The notes under the pieces were generated by a model that was given only the letters and a program-made list of their open reading frames with translations, did not search any database and was not told the DNA's origin. From contig BDGG01000014.1 in assembly GCA_001949185.1 (NCBI GenBank), positions 1,472,586 through 1,536,585 on the forward strand: DNA of 64,000 nucleotides, in the 5' to 3' direction. Shown one piece after another: positions 24,801 through 39,116 of the stretch (position 1 is the first letter of the stretch; every line of letters begins with the position of its first letter). The position numbers and the translations under genes are program-made. This stretch comes from Ramazzottius varieornatus (taxonomy: Eukaryota; Animalia; Tardigrada).

Positions 24801-26828
24801 AAAAACGCGCGCCACCTGAAGAAAATGAATCAGAGAAGTTAGGTGAACCGAGTAAGAGACCTTTTTCTAGCGTGATAAATGGATAATGAAATCATACTTT
24901 GATGATTAGGGCCGAGAGTTGGATGACATAATGGAGCACTTACCGGGATGAAGTGTGTTTTGTCGTTGATCGATGCCGCCAAGGAGGACTTCCGGCAACA
25001 AGAGCAACGAGGTGCCCTTGTGGCCATCCGGTAGTCCAACGTGATTTTCCCCATAACTATCCACCTTCACTGATAGTCCGCCTTGCTTTGCCTCCAGCAC
25101 CAGTGAATGCCATCTACATAACGGAAATCATTGCTCTGCTCATGCGCTCACCTTCTCCCGCCATGCATCGAGAGGTTACGTACCTTCCATCGGAGACTTC
25201 AGTGTCTTCTACGGTTACCTGGGATGGTACCGCACCGTTGTGCAGGCTGATGTGCAAATATTTACCGCTAACGAGAACCGTTAGGCTTATCGGCGATGAT
25301 TCGCCACCATCGCTGGTTCTCACACTACCACTCATCAGAAAGGCTTCGCTGAAGTACGTCTGAAACAGGCAAAGAACAACTACAGGACGGAATGTTGTCT
25401 TCCGCGACCAAAATTAGACTTGTTGAACAAAGCAAGCTTGATGACGCTAACCATACCTACGAAAATTTGTCAAGCACTTCCTACATCTAGCTTAGTAATC
25501 GAGTTTTTGAAATCTGACAATAGAACCGATCGCTTTGCAAATTTTCTGTTACGTAAGATAATATCCTTGATATTCCCGGCACTGCTGTTTTGATATAAAG
25601 CTAAAATGTCAGCTTCGATGTTTGTTCGGTCAACTATCTCATGTCCTAATTTATAAAATACCGTTTCGTTAAACAATCCGAAAATGCGACCGGTACCTTA
25701 AAGTCCCACGCTAAGCGACTGTTAACCGTAGTTTGATCGCCATCTTGCTTGTAATGGACATACTGATCGCCGTTCAAGGTAATAACACTAACATCTGCGA
25801 AGTAAGACAATAGGAAATCATGCAAAATTGAAACTCAAGTGGCACAATTAAGTTATAAGTATGTGGTCCTACCTGGCGATGCGCAAGTCGGTCCTTCGAA
25901 GGTACTTGGAGAGCAATCACACTTGCCACCCTCAAGACAGACGCCGCCATGAAGACAGGGACAAGTCACTTCTTGACATTCCTCATACGCTGCGTCATTG
26001 GTTACAGGGAGCTCCTTCCAGTCCAGTGCCACCATTCCGTCACTGCTGCTTTGCAATTCATATTGCACATCGCTGATGCAGCCTTCCAGCCGGCCCGAGC
26101 TCGAGGCCGTACCGTTACTGGCGCCACCCAGATGGATGTTATACTGAGCTCCTTGTGCATATTCCCCACCACTGCTGCCCAGCTTCAGGGTGAGGGTTGG
26201 GTTCTCCCGCTTGTCCACACGGCTTTGCACAGTGTGGCTCTGCAACGGGTCGTAGATAACGTGTAGCTCGTGCCATTGATTGTCGGCCAGATCTGCAAGC
26301 ACAAAGAACTTACGTGTAGTCCACACAATCACTGCAGAAAATATCCTTCAACTGAATGCGTCCAAACGGCCAGGATAAGGCCTAATAAAACGAACAGCGA
26401 AAATATCTGCCAGGAGCGACGGAACTTTTTGGCCATTGGTTCTAAGTACGGAGACAACCTAAAACTCTTTGATTGATTGTTCGAGAAGACTAACGTGCAA
26501 TTTCTTGAGCTGCCGAGTTTTCGCCCTTGGCGGTGTGGCTCATATCAATCTTGCCATCTTTCAGTTGCAGCAGCAGCTGACTTTCCACAGCGGGATGGGC
26601 TGAATCGGTGGCAATCAGGTGTAAGAGTACTCCATTGGGGTTACTTGTCTTGAAGCGAAAGGAGAGATCCAAGACGGAAGTGGGAAGTTGGCCGTCAATG
26701 GTGAAATAAGGGAGAGGCTGATCGGCTTTGGCCGGTGAGATCCTGAATGATCGCGAGTGGGTGAAGGCGCAAAAGCCCGTGAAGATTAGCCAACAGATCC
26801 ACAGCTGGCCACTAGCTGGTCCCATCAT
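18879..26828 (-). CDS. Neurexin-superfamily receptor, axotactin/Caspr-like (multiple LamG, EGF, fibrinogen-like segment, TM)
   Basis: Signal peptide MMGPASGQLWICWLIFTGFCAFTHS; LamG motifs (LSFRFKTSNPNGVLL, LADNQWH, LNNGAWH, LSFRSHSPSGILLY); EGFs (CLHGGVC, NPCQHGSLC, PNPCQNGAEC, PCSHGGRC); FBG-like CTDLFLAGERRSG..DLDGSGPMKPTFVYCNM; CNCDADDG. TM at ~19160-19230; cytoplasmic tail ends TITEVK. Many exons, not all resolved. Confidence 0.85.
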
Positions 26829-29800
26829 TCCCAACTATTCAATTTCTGCTACAGACCATCGATTCCCTGCAGAGAAAAAGACCCAGAGTAAAAATCCAGA
26901 TTCCAGGTCAAGTCTGATATAGATGTTCCGTTTATCAAGTTTGGAAAGTTTGAAGTTAGCTGGAGCAGACAGATAACGGTACTCTCTAGCTAACGCTCAA
27001 CGATTAACCGGCAGCACTCTGTGGAAAGTGAGTTCGACACCGGCATTTCGATCAATTACCTACACCGGTCTAAACCGCGGCGTACGCTGGTTGTTACAGT
27101 CATAAAACGAGTGCACCGTACAAGCCTGATAACGGAAAAGAACTCAGCGACGAGACAGCCTTTTGTAACGGCAATTATTCAAGTACTTTGCAACACTGAA
27201 CGTCTGATAGAAGACCTTTGATTAACCTTCCTAAATTAACAATAACCATTTAGTAGTGAAAACTGTCATGACTCGCTTTTTCCGTCTTCCTCAAGCTGGT
27301 ACGGGGTGTACCGGCCACCGTGGACGTACAACGTAAGGAAATCCGCCTGTCAGGACTTGTGCACGCCGTTCAGCTTTCAGTGCGGCAGCCCACTGTCCAA
27401 GGTTTCACGACAGAAATTCACCTGTCGACTGGTCGGACCGGAAATTTGGCTAAACGACTACAAATCCATCCGTACCACACAGAGTTCTTGGTAGCGGTTC
27501 TTTCATGCACAAACGGGTATTCTCCAAGAATTAAGATACTTCCCCAACAAATGGCGCTCTTCATCCAGCAGATACAATGTGAATTAGTGCTAACGACCTC
27601 AAGCACAGCATTTTGTCATACCCTACTGTACACGCTGATTCGACGAGAGGCCTTTCGACTGTACAGCTGGTTATCAAAACATCTGAGGGCTGGTGGAGCG
27701 CTACAAGTCCAGGTCGCCGGCAATAAAAGTATCTAGACAGTCGTCATAAACGGGCTCGATATGGTTAGAATAAGACATTGGTGACGCCCAGCTCGTTACA
27801 TTCTGATCATTCAACCATACCTGCACCTGTATATGCTTGTCCTTCCTTATCACCACTCGGCCCATGACACACCGATGCTAACGCGCAACCAGAGATAAAA
27901 AATTGCCACCATATAAAAGATGAGAACGTGCTCATACAATGCTCATCGACTAATCCCTCGCTCATCAATAAAAAAAACTTTCACAGTGACAAGAAAGATA
28001 TCCTACCTATTTGCCTCAAGCTCCCGCCTTCCGAATTTGAAGAGTGCTCAAGAAACGCGTGCCGTTGCGGTCTCTGTTCGGCTGCAATTCGACGTTTCCG
28101 TTGTCGAATGGGCGGTTAACTTTTAGAGTATTGCTTGTCAGTTGCCCATACTCTGAACCAGAAAGGCTGCACGTTGTGGTCACAGCAAATAGACCTTCGG
28201 ACTATACATGTTCTTCAGATACGGCGCAATTTCAGGCTCCGATCAAACATATTTGCTCTGTTTGTCCACACCCATTCTCTTTCACCACTGTGTTGAACGT
28301 GATCCCAGAATATTGCGCGTAGATCAACAAGGGAAAACCTTCAAGTTTATTGGAACTGTTTCTCTATACTATAGCTCCAGTCAACGGGTGAGAAAAATCA
28401 TGATGTTTTTTGATGACGCTGTCAAGTGGCGACGTCGTGCCCATGCCGCACTTTAAGTAGGAGGTCATAGTTGGCCAATTCAAGCAGATATTGTAAATCA
28501 TATCACACTTAGCGAAGCGTACTGTCGTAAAAGTAAAACAGAGACTTGTTCATTATCTGAACAAGGAGGCAGAATTGCACTACCGCACTCGTTGGCGCAT
28601 AAACGACCAAGTACTCAACCTTACATTTACGCTTGAATCAACTAACTTGGAAATTCCTAGTCTCTCAAGCAGTTATCTCATTACCCTACTTTTCATCCAG
28701 TTATCTACCGGACAAAAAGTACGTCACCATAACTTCAAAAATAGAGCGAGCTCATGAGCTTGGTTTGATTTTCGAAAATCTTGGCGGCGCCACTGGGCTG
28801 TGTCGATGCCGCGGCATGGCACGGTTCGTTGATTTCAATCGAAAATAATTAGGTGAAATGTATTCAAATTGCCGTGCTGAAGCATAAAGGCGGGTTAGAA
28901 AGGTCGAGCGAAAGGTAAAGAAAGGCAAAACAGTGTGGCTTGTAATTTGCGATCATACTGTAGCAGCTGTATACATATGTATATGCTAGGGTAGCTATTA
29001 CGACGAAAAGCAAGAGAAATTTTCCAATTCAGGTTTGAAGCATTTCTGTTGGCCATACAGGCCGTCATCGATGATCAGTACGAGATCAAAAACTGTGCAT
29101 TTGAATGCCAGAAGAATTAACGCGTCGCTTAGACTGTTTTGCTCGGCAGTAAAACGTCGGACAGCATTTTCCCAACCGGTATTCTTAGAGCACACTCTTT
29201 GTTTCATCGTGGTGCTGCGCACGTTAAAAATGGCCGCAAGCGTCTAATGACAGCAGGGTACTTGCACTCCATCTTCGCGTTTGCCCGCCATTACCTCAAT
29301 CAGTGCAACCAAGAGGAAGACTCGGTACAATCGAAGGTTACTGACTGGCATGCACCTAGTACCAAAATCGTTAACCACAAAACTATCGTCATCTAACCGT
29401 CTTAAGATACCACCCAAAGCTCTCGAATGGCCCTTCAACTCTAAAATCGTTCTGACAAGATTTCGGAATATTGACACCCTGCAAAACTACACGTGGTACT
29501 TGGTTACGATCGGCATCAGTCTAACCGATCTGCAGTTGATGGTTTAATGGGTACGATTTCCAGAGTTCTTGAGCGCATCGAATATTCACCGGTATCTACC
29601 ACAAAGAAAAGAAGACCACTTTATTATTTTATAACTTGTCTGGAGCGTTGTAAACAGTCAACAAGGCCTCTTCAGACATTTGATATCACGAGGGAGCCTG
29701 CTCCAAAAGGAAATCGATCCCGAGCAAGTTCGTTGGATGGTTTAGGGGGCTTATTAAAATTTCACATAGCAAGACGGAAGAAAGAACGGACGTCTGCCTG

Positions 29801-32800
29801 GCAAAAGACGTCGAAACGACAAATAGCGATCCTGTTATTCGACTGGTAGATAAGCGACTTATGAATATTGTGCTGCAAACGAAAAAACCGGCTGACTGAC
29901 AGCAGACGGCTTTTGCGCCGCCGTATTCGAGATTTAGCCCACCAGGGTACCTCCATCGGCGACTGATGCCCATCTTATGGCCATTTGTAGTGTCATCCAA
30001 CCAACCCAAAAGTTTCAATGCCAAAAGGTTTACTCATCGATATACAGTATAACCGAACTCGTGTCACTCCAAACACACAGTATTGAACGCAAACATCGGG
30101 AACTCGCTTGATAATTGACTGACATACCCAGATCCACGGACCACATCGTGATGGGACCCGATTGCAAGTTGTTCCCCCTAACAAAGACTTACTCACCTCT
30201 GCTTCACGAACAATACCGCTGCATCCAAAATTCCCGCTGGCAGCTTGGTGTTCAGAAAGACAGGTTTCATCGAACGGTTCAACGCCGAAGACTCGTCGCC
30301 GATACAAGACAGAAATAATGCAGTGAAAAATGGATGTTAATGTGGGCTAAATAATGCTACAAAATGGCCGATACAGATCGCCGCGATATTCTGCCGCAAA
30401 AGATTCGACGGAGAATTTGGCTTGAATGTAGCAGATGGCACTTAGCCGCACTATAAAGAATCACTCTGATGGCATTTTTTAGCAGTTTTAGGCCAGCTAT
30501 CGATTGTGATCAAATGTAGCTCGTCAATTCTGCCTACGATCATGCAGGCGCCATTTCGGACATTTGGGGTATTCTGCACTGGCTGCATACCAGTGGTCAC
30601 TCCGTGCCTGCCATCATTAAGTCCTAATACTGATCCAACGTACGTCTCTCTTTTATTTCAAGTTCAAAACTTCTTTCTCATCATGGCGTCGCTCTAAACT
30701 TGTCATCGTTCGACATTCGGTGCGAACCTGCAGGCTACGATACAAGATGACCGGTTCCGGCCAAATTTTTGATGTTTTGTTCATGGTGATTGAAGTTAGA
30801 TGTCGTTTTGAGTGGAGACTACTCTACCGTCAACCATCTAACATGGAAAGGATAGCCTGTTTGAGCCATTGTCATGTCTTATTAAAAAGTCTTTGAGCAA
30901 CTGAGCGCCTTTATTTTCCCCTTGAAGATCAGCCCGATACTCTTCCGCCTTCATTTCCTGGGGCGGCATCATCGGACGGCTCCATCTATATGACGCCTCT
31001 ATCCACTCCCCCTTAGAATGCATTTTGTCAACACAGCATATCCTAACATTTTGCGCGATTGATCGAAACCTGGTTTGATAGCAGCAAATTAAAGCAAACT
31101 TGTAGGTTTGCGCAAATGTGCCGCATGACGTCACTGCGATGGACCAGATAGGCTGGCCGCGACGACGTCACACCTGGTATCAGGTTTTCGCCCATCTGAA
31201 TATGGATTTTGCGGTGCTGGTCAACCTCTTATCTGACTGCCGGTATTTGCCTACTCACTTCTATCACAGTTTATCTCACCTGGGATGGTGTCGCTGATAT
31301 TCCTTTTTTGCGCCGCCGTCGGTTCCCATCTTGCGGGGTACTCGTATCCATCCAAAATCAACCAGAACCAAAGCATTTTTATTTGCTCTTGAACTGGATC
31401 AGCATGTCTTCCACTCTGCCGGCTCGATTTCCTACCAAGAAAAAGAGGTTCGTCAAGGCGAGCAAGTACCTAGCAAAACTTCGGAACACCATGAGCAGTC
31501 GTGTTATAAGTTGTTCGTCATCACTCATCAGAGGTTTGCTAGCGGCATCAATCCACCCTTCGGCCACGCATTTCAGATCAGTTCTTTCCTCCATAAACTT
31601 CACTCCATGATGAAGATCTTGGTCGGGAAACCACCAATCGCATTATAACGAAGGGTAATGGTGACTGATTGGAGTTACAAAGCACTGTCTGTGGTCTCTT
31701 TGATTCACCGGAAGTCAGACAACAGTTCTGTCTTGGGATCACGGTCCAAACATGGTCACCTCCGTTCATCTGTTGCGTCTGCGACGGTGTCTGTCCTTCC
31801 GGTAGGTCCGTCGGTAGAGGCTGCAGCACAAGTGTCTTCGTGGCACAAACAACAAGATCTGTAACCTACGACTACGAGAAGTGGACTTACAGGCAGCTCG
31901 ATTCCGCGTGTTCGCAGCTTCCTAGACCTGGTATCAACAAAGTGAGAAGCTACATATTCGACTTACCAGTATTGCACTGGTCATGCCTCCCAGCAGTTGT
32001 ACCAGGCTTCCCAACAGATACAAGCCTGATGGGGCCATGGGAGAAGATTGAAGAAAGAGAAATCTGGCATGGCTGTCAGAAGACTGTTCCGGAAGTCGGG
32101 CTCTGCTGATGCTAGACACGGGCTCACGGCAGATTTAATCTTCAGGACTGCGGAACGAAAAACCAGAGAAACAACAGGTTTCTCGCGGTGGCCACTCTTT
32201 CAGCTCCATCTTTAGGGATCTGTAGTCTATGAGACGCCTACCGTGACTTCCATAACAATGTCCAAACAGACAGATTAAGTGCAGCGCTCAGATTCCGAAA
32301 CTAAGCTGAACTTCAGCTGAGATGCTGTACGAATGCATCGTGCTGTCATGCTGTAACTGCTGTTAAGTTAGCGGGCATCACCAGAGGGATTGCGATCATA
32401 ACGACAAAGGACGACGTCATGACGGTCAAGCCTTGATTGTCAGAATGGCCGAGAACGCACTCACCCGCCAAAATTCCAGAACTTAAAGTTGCTTCCCAGA
32501 CCTTTTACACTTGGTCGAGATCCCGAGACTCTCGTTTGGACTTTGCAGTACAAGACACCTCAACGGATTGGCGGATACCGCTGGATTGATGCTGGCACTG
32601 CAGAAGCTGGGGTAGCGACAGCACATGGCGAACTGGCGTTTGTCGAAGGCCGAGGGCCGGGGCTTCGTGCCGTCCAGAAGTTTTAATTCTTGTCGTAGTG
32701 CAAGACGACTACTCCAAAACATACGATGCCGTCCTTAGCGCTAAAGACTAGGATCAACGAAAGATCATACCCGAAAAGTATGGAAAAGCTGGCGGATGGG

Positions 32801-33117
32801 AAAACGGAGAATAACCCCCCGCTGACTGACTGTACAGAGGTAAGCTGATCGTAGGAAGTCTTGAAATCGAGTCGTCGACGCGCAAGCTTAAATTGTTGGA
32901 CACGAAAGTTGCGTTATCGAAGCTGACATCAACACACGGATTACAATTTGAAAACTGATTTTTTGTTGGCAGGAGTCGCAGTTTGAGAGACACTTGGTGA
33001 GCAGTGGAATTATGGCTGGGAGAAAGGGTCGAATGACTCCTGAAAATTTTTAGATCGAACAGCAGAGCATTAAACGTGCCTACGATTTTGAAAGGTAAGC
33101 GTTTCGTTTCAGTATAG

Positions 33118-34868
33118 TTATTCATGAAGACTTTTGATCTCAAAGTCGTCGACGTCTTGAGACGCCGGTGAACGAAGGTTTGCAGGGGGATGATTATTGT
33201 GGATTGTAGGTAGTCGTTCCGTATTGGGATGGGCGGAATTCGAATTGGCAGCAAAGATACCTGAACGGCTGCCTGATGAGCTCAAGCGACGTCGGCGGAC
33301 GGGAGGAGCTGCATTCAGAGCGGACATAGGAAACACTTCGGACGGATCTCGCGGGTAATGGTACTGTAGCGTTGAGAAACGAGTTTGAACTAACTTTCAA
33401 ACCAACAAGTAAAACGAGTTGCGATCTTTCTTACCTTGAAGGAGCGATTGAACTGCGCATAGTTTCCGGCGGAATGCTGAAAGTGTCGCTGAAAGTCGCC
33501 AAAGGTATGGAAGGTTCCACCTTTCTTTGCCGGTTCCACGGTAGCATTGGTCTCTGTGCTATTACTCGGTCCAGCAGGCGCGGAGGTAGGTTTGTGAATC
33601 TGTAGGGGTATCTTTCTTGGACGGAGTGAGCCTTCCATGTTCGTATGACACATAATGTCCAGGCTGAATACTGAACCGTCCCTGGCCAGACTCCGTAGTT
33701 CCTCGTACGAGGAGTCTAAATATCCCTCGTGTTCACCATAGGTCTCAACATAACCGTCGGGCTTTTGATGGGAGAAACTACAGACCAAGGTATATCTTGA
33801 ACAGTGGCATCAGTAACGGAATTTGGAGCTCGATGATTTACCCGCAGGTGCACAGTCCCGGCTGACGAGGGGTCAAGCCGTCGACGCTGTCGTTCATGCT
33901 CAGTTCCGAACCGACAGAAGCCAGTCGACGATTGGTCCAGGGAGTCGGCGGTCGGTGGTGGTACGTCCTGGCCATGGAGGCAGTGATGGCGGCAGGCTGC
34001 AGACGGTGGGCCACCCTCATGCTGCTTTCCGCTTCCAACTCATCATCATACTCGTCATCCTCTTCCTCGTCGTCCTCGTCGAAGAACATCGACCTTCGGG
34101 TACGGACTGTATTAGCAGTAGCCTGTCAAAGACCAATTCAACTGAAGTCACACGTACAAACATACGACACCGAACAACTAGGATTAATTTGACGAATAAA
34201 TTTTCATTGGTTCTAACTAACAAAGGCACAAAAGACAGTTTAATTAAATATATAGCAGGGAAGATTTGGGCTATGTTTTTTACCTGGGATGGTTCGATGG
34301 TGAGCTTGGGGGGTGGTGCCAGTGGGCTGTGCGCCGATTCGCGACCTTGGCTCTGACCTAGGCCTCCTTCTTCTTCGGAAGGTTGCAGTGAGTCGTCTCG
34401 GTAGCCCGAATCATCACTGTGAGACTTGTTAGAAAGGCCAGAAGAGGTGCCTGGTCGAGTCATGGCCAGTAAGGGACCACTGAAGGATTTTGTGGATTTG
34501 TCGCTGCCGTTGGAAGCGATCGAAGGCTTGTGGGAGACGGTGTAGTCCACAGGGAGATCTGCCGAAGGTGAGTCAGCATGACGGCTGAGCGGCCTTGAGC
34601 GCGATCGAGGTCGAGAAGGTACGGCCTCTTCCAGCTGTGCTTGCCCCTGTGCGTGCGGGTTCTCTTGATCGATCGATGGACGCTTTGATCCAGCGGCAAC
34701 TGTTACAGGGGCGCTCACCGAGGTTTCGACACGGCTTGGGTTGCCGGTGTTAACGTTGTTGTTGAGGAGATTGTCGACACTGGTGCTCTTCTGACTGCAA
34801 CTCTTTGAGGAAATGTCAGAAACGCGCGCTCGTTGAACGCCACTCAGCTGGCTTAGGCCACAGCCCAT
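33118..34868 (-). CDS. Unknown disordered protein (~460 aa) with N-terminal MGCGLS myristoylation/palmitoylation motif
   Basis: Phase-consistent exons 34868-34284, 34122-33842, 33777-~33672, 33599-33435, 33363-33118. Ser/Pro/Arg-rich with acidic tract DEDDEEEDDEYDDE. No recognised domain. Confidence 0.65.
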
Positions 34869-37800
34869 ATTTCGCCGAAAGTTCTTCCACTTCCAACTTC
34901 CTATGGACGGTATGCCGTGCGTACGGTGTAACACCTCTTATTTAAGTAGGGTCGTGAAGAGCGCCACATGATGGCCAATAACAGTAAACAAAGGTCAAAA
35001 TAAAAATTTTCTGCGAACAATCCGCAACGAGAAACGAAATCAGAACTGAAAACTTGTTACCTAACGTATAAAAATGTAAATTTGGCGAAGTCCTCCGACG
35101 ATTACCATGAGTAACAAACTGTTTTCGTCCAAAATTGCAGTATAGCGGTCTCGTAGATGGTTATTTGAACGGAAAGTTCACTCAGACATCGGGGAATCTG
35201 TTGGTGGAATATCTTCGACATAACCGTGTTCGGCAAAAAACGGATAATTTGAAACTAACCTTGAGCCTTCTTGTTTCCCAGGACTATGTATCGCGCGGAC
35301 GGTCAACGAATGATTCAGCGTTGGCGGTTCCTTGAATGGTGCATGGAGATGAAAGGAAGATGAAGATGAAAGATGAAGACGAAGAGAAAGGCAGAACAAC
35401 GATGCACAGTGGCATGTACAAGACACGCTGCGAGACCTTGTCTAATGAGAAGCACGACTTACTACATACAGGCATCAGCCTCGATCCAGGTGTGCCTTTT
35501 CCATAACAAGAGAGCTAAGGTGACGGTGATTCGCGGAAGAGAGCACTATTCAACGGTAATTACGACTAGCAGTGAGAGGGGAATCACAAGACCCAACGGC
35601 ATGGCAGTCAATATGTTGATAATGATGAAACACTGTTACGAGCACCGATGTTACCGGCTCGATAGATTACTGCAGATACTGTCATACGGGTCTATTGTGT
35701 GCAAAGCAGCTTGAGCCTGTCTTCGACCGCTATCGATCCAGGAAATGGATATAAAAGGGAGGTCCTTATTGCTTCTTGTTTTCGCAGGGGAAGAGACGGC
35801 GAGCGGCCTTGAGGAGCGTTCACCTCGTCCACCTTCCGTGTTCAGCAGAAGCCTCAATGGATTATGGAGCCTCAAGTCTAATCGATACAGCGGTATTCTC
35901 CGTACAAGCTCGACGATGAAAGAACATTCAGGTGAGGTCAGTGTTTTAGTAGGTTGACGAAATTGTGCTCTCCTCTGTAGATGGCGCGTCCAGGGCTGTG
36001 TAGAAGTGGGCGTGGAAGGTCGTCTGCCCAGAAAGTTAATAACGGACCTAACGGATTCGGTGAGACGCCCCATGGACCAGAGCGAAATGGACAAGAGTCT
36101 CATTTCCGGGAACCTTCGAAATGATGAGAATGCCCAACTAAACAGCGCAGGGGTTAAAGAGCCTGTCTAAAGAAACGAACTTTAATTTCGGATTCCGGTG
36201 GAGAGTATTATTTCTGGTTACCGGTCCGCTTTTCCATGTGGTTTCTTCTGTGAGCGTCCGCAGACTCCGCCTGCAAGGTCTTCCCAGCGATGCTTCACAA
36301 CACCGTGGTCTGCTCTTCTTCTTTTCACGGTGCTGTACGGAACGATTACTCAGGAGGGAGGGAAACGTTCACCGCGCTAAAAGGTTAGGTGACCAAAAGG
36401 CAATTTTAGTGTTTCAAAAGGCGAACTGGCCAAAAGGTTTAAAGGTCAGAAGGTTTTGCTAAAGGGTGACTGTGCTAAAAGCCAAAATGCCCAAAAGGCA
36501 TACTGGTATAGTGCCGTTTATCATTTTGTTTGGGACTCCTTCGTGTCTCAACCCGCGCACGATGTCACTATTGAACGCGCGAAACGCAATAGCGCGTTTA
36601 ACAGTGACGCGCGACTGCGTTTCTGATCGCTTCATTTTGCTGAGGATAAACAGGCGCAGAGACAGGCGAGCCACTCCGCCGCAAAAGGGAGGATGCTGGG
36701 TCGCTGGGAAGGTTTCGAGAGGTGGCGTACTGAGGGATATGATTGGGTCTCCGCTTGATTTACGATGGAGAATGGCGTCAAGTGGGTGCGCGCGTTATCG
36801 CCAAAGTCAAACTTCCCATTCTCTAACTGGGGTCGCCGGCGCTCGCCGCGGACCGAAGCTCGATGTGCTTTGGCATTGTTGGGTTGGCTGTCAAAGAGTG
36901 CAGTCAAGCGACAAACAAGTAGCTCAACGTAGCAGCTCTCGAGGTTGGCGTATTGATCTTTCATATCAATTGTTTATAGAACTGTGGGAAGGGCAGCGCT
37001 ACTGCAGATGGTAGGCTCGATGGCCATCGCTGAAGGGATCACGCAACGTGTCCCTCGACCATGTATATGCAAATTGAAAGAGCCAACACCGTATGCTCAA
37101 CCACACTGTTTCACCCCTTATCCCTATCCACCAGGGATTTAATGAAGCAGCCTTTAATATGATGAAAAGGCATGCACCATGCGCCTTGGCCTTGGCTACC
37201 GTTTGGCCTCGGGGGCTTCTGTTAGTCGAAGAGACTTCCCGGAACCTGCTTTTGTGAGAAGCTCGGAGGATCTCACGCCCTCAGTAAACTTCTTCTTATG
37301 TAATCGTCTGTTTACGAAATTGATGTACTCCAAACTTGGGAGAGTCCTTCCTCAAACTAACTGCAGACGTACGACTGGTTCCCACGCGCCACCCACTCGC
37401 GTTTTGTGATCTACAAGGTCGACCCTTGTACTATTCGCTTCGAAAATTGATTTCATGATGGCATTTTTTAGAAAGGACAAAAGATCGTCCATGTAGGAGA
37501 GAGGCCCTTGTTAACCTCAGACGAAAAGCAGTAGGCTGTAGGAGGAAATGCTGCTTTGGTGGGATAGTCTGCAGTCCGTCATTCGTGGTATACAGGATAC
37601 GCCGTATCAACGCAATGATGATTGATGGCTCTTGACTGCGCGTCACATGTAGTCAGTCAGTCAGTCCTAACCACACGGAAAATTGTGTTGCTGTTGTCGA
37701 GCGTCCAGAGTATAATACCTATGTACAAAGCTTTGGCCTCACAGGCAATCGAGCAAGTTTGCAGACAGCCCTGAAGTTGTGCTCGATGGGCAACCCCGTC

Positions 37801-39116
37801 CCGCAGGAACCTCCGTCCTTATTATCCCGCTAAGCAGCCTAAGCTGTCCCGGCCCACAATAATAGGAAATCAGCCACCAAGAGTTGAGGCCTGAAAGGAG
37901 CGGAAGGACCCAGTCAGCCAGGATCTGCAGCCAACAAGTAGTAGCGGCGCATCCCAACTGTCCCTCGTTTTTGTATTGATGCGTGCACGTACGCACCACT
38001 CTAATTCTTTACTCAAGTTCGTTCATCGGGAAGGAACTAGCGGAAACCTCGCGTTCAGGCCGTACAGCACAGTACCCGGCAAGGCACTTTGCAGCTTGTC
38101 ATTCCTCATTTGCCTAGACTAATCGTTTGGCCCCAAATTGCATAGTACCTTGTCCTACACCTCGCTGAGGCTCCTATCTCCCAAGCGTTCCCATCTCCAC
38201 TGCATTGATCAACCGTATTCCAAAGTCATTTGCACTTTCTCATCTTTTCAAACGAACGGAATTCGAAACTGACATCCGTCGATGTTTTGTAGCCCGCATT
38301 TAACTTATCAAAGTACCTTGTTAACCCTGCAGATTACTGCGTCGATCGATATATTATTTATACTGAAGCCTTGGAAGGTCTTGCCTGCTGTTTCCCAGTC
38401 AAAGCCCATCATATCACTGCAGATTACTACTGCGATATCATACGTTCTCCTACACTGTGCTCTTCCGTGTCATTTTGCACACTTTCCTGTGGCATTTCCT
38501 GGCCTCGGCCATATTTGGAGCATAAGACATGGAGAAAGTAATGTCAGTATAGCACGGAAAGGTGAGCTTGCAGGGTTTCGATTCAAAGGGTATGAGGGTA
38601 TGAGTCCTTCGTCACGCACCACCAGCCTGCGTCAAGGTGGGTCGTCTTTGACACAAAAGCCGGCCAAAGTTATATAGTGCGAGAGGAGCCGGAAATGGGA
38701 CGACGCGGATGAGGCTACTGCCAAACGCCTGTGCGGCATTGGGGTGGAGTGTCGACGAGAAGAGGCCGTAAATCACGCCAGATAATGCCTTGTACTGTTT
38801 TAATGGGTGTGTTCCCCCTTTTCTGCTCCTTACACCGATACAATGGCGCTGTGCGTTAAAGTTGGTCGATCGAGCACGCAAAGTGAACAATAATGAAAGA
38901 CCTCGGTAGATGTCGAATGGGAAGACCTCCGTATAACTATACTGTATACGTAACATGACTATTCTTAATTAAGGCCGCGGCCGCGCCGTCAAGAGTGTGT
39001 ATGAGTGCAACACGCAGAGAGTTTCCATTGAGGAGGCCAGCTACTGTACATTAAGTGAAAGGTGTCGATTTTTGTACTTCAACGTGGGTGTCGTTACAGG
39101 GAGCGCTGCATGCAAC

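Noticed and set aside
26900-33100. Many 60-170 aa ORFs in a 6-kb gap
   Set aside because: No domain, consistent exon chain or transposase/RT motif was recognised. Treated as intergenic, but a diverged gene or ncRNA cannot be excluded.
34900-39100. Short ORFs, a GATGAA-like tract (~35350-35390) and (AGTC)4 (~37650)
   Set aside because: No coding support; these are ordinary simple repeats.
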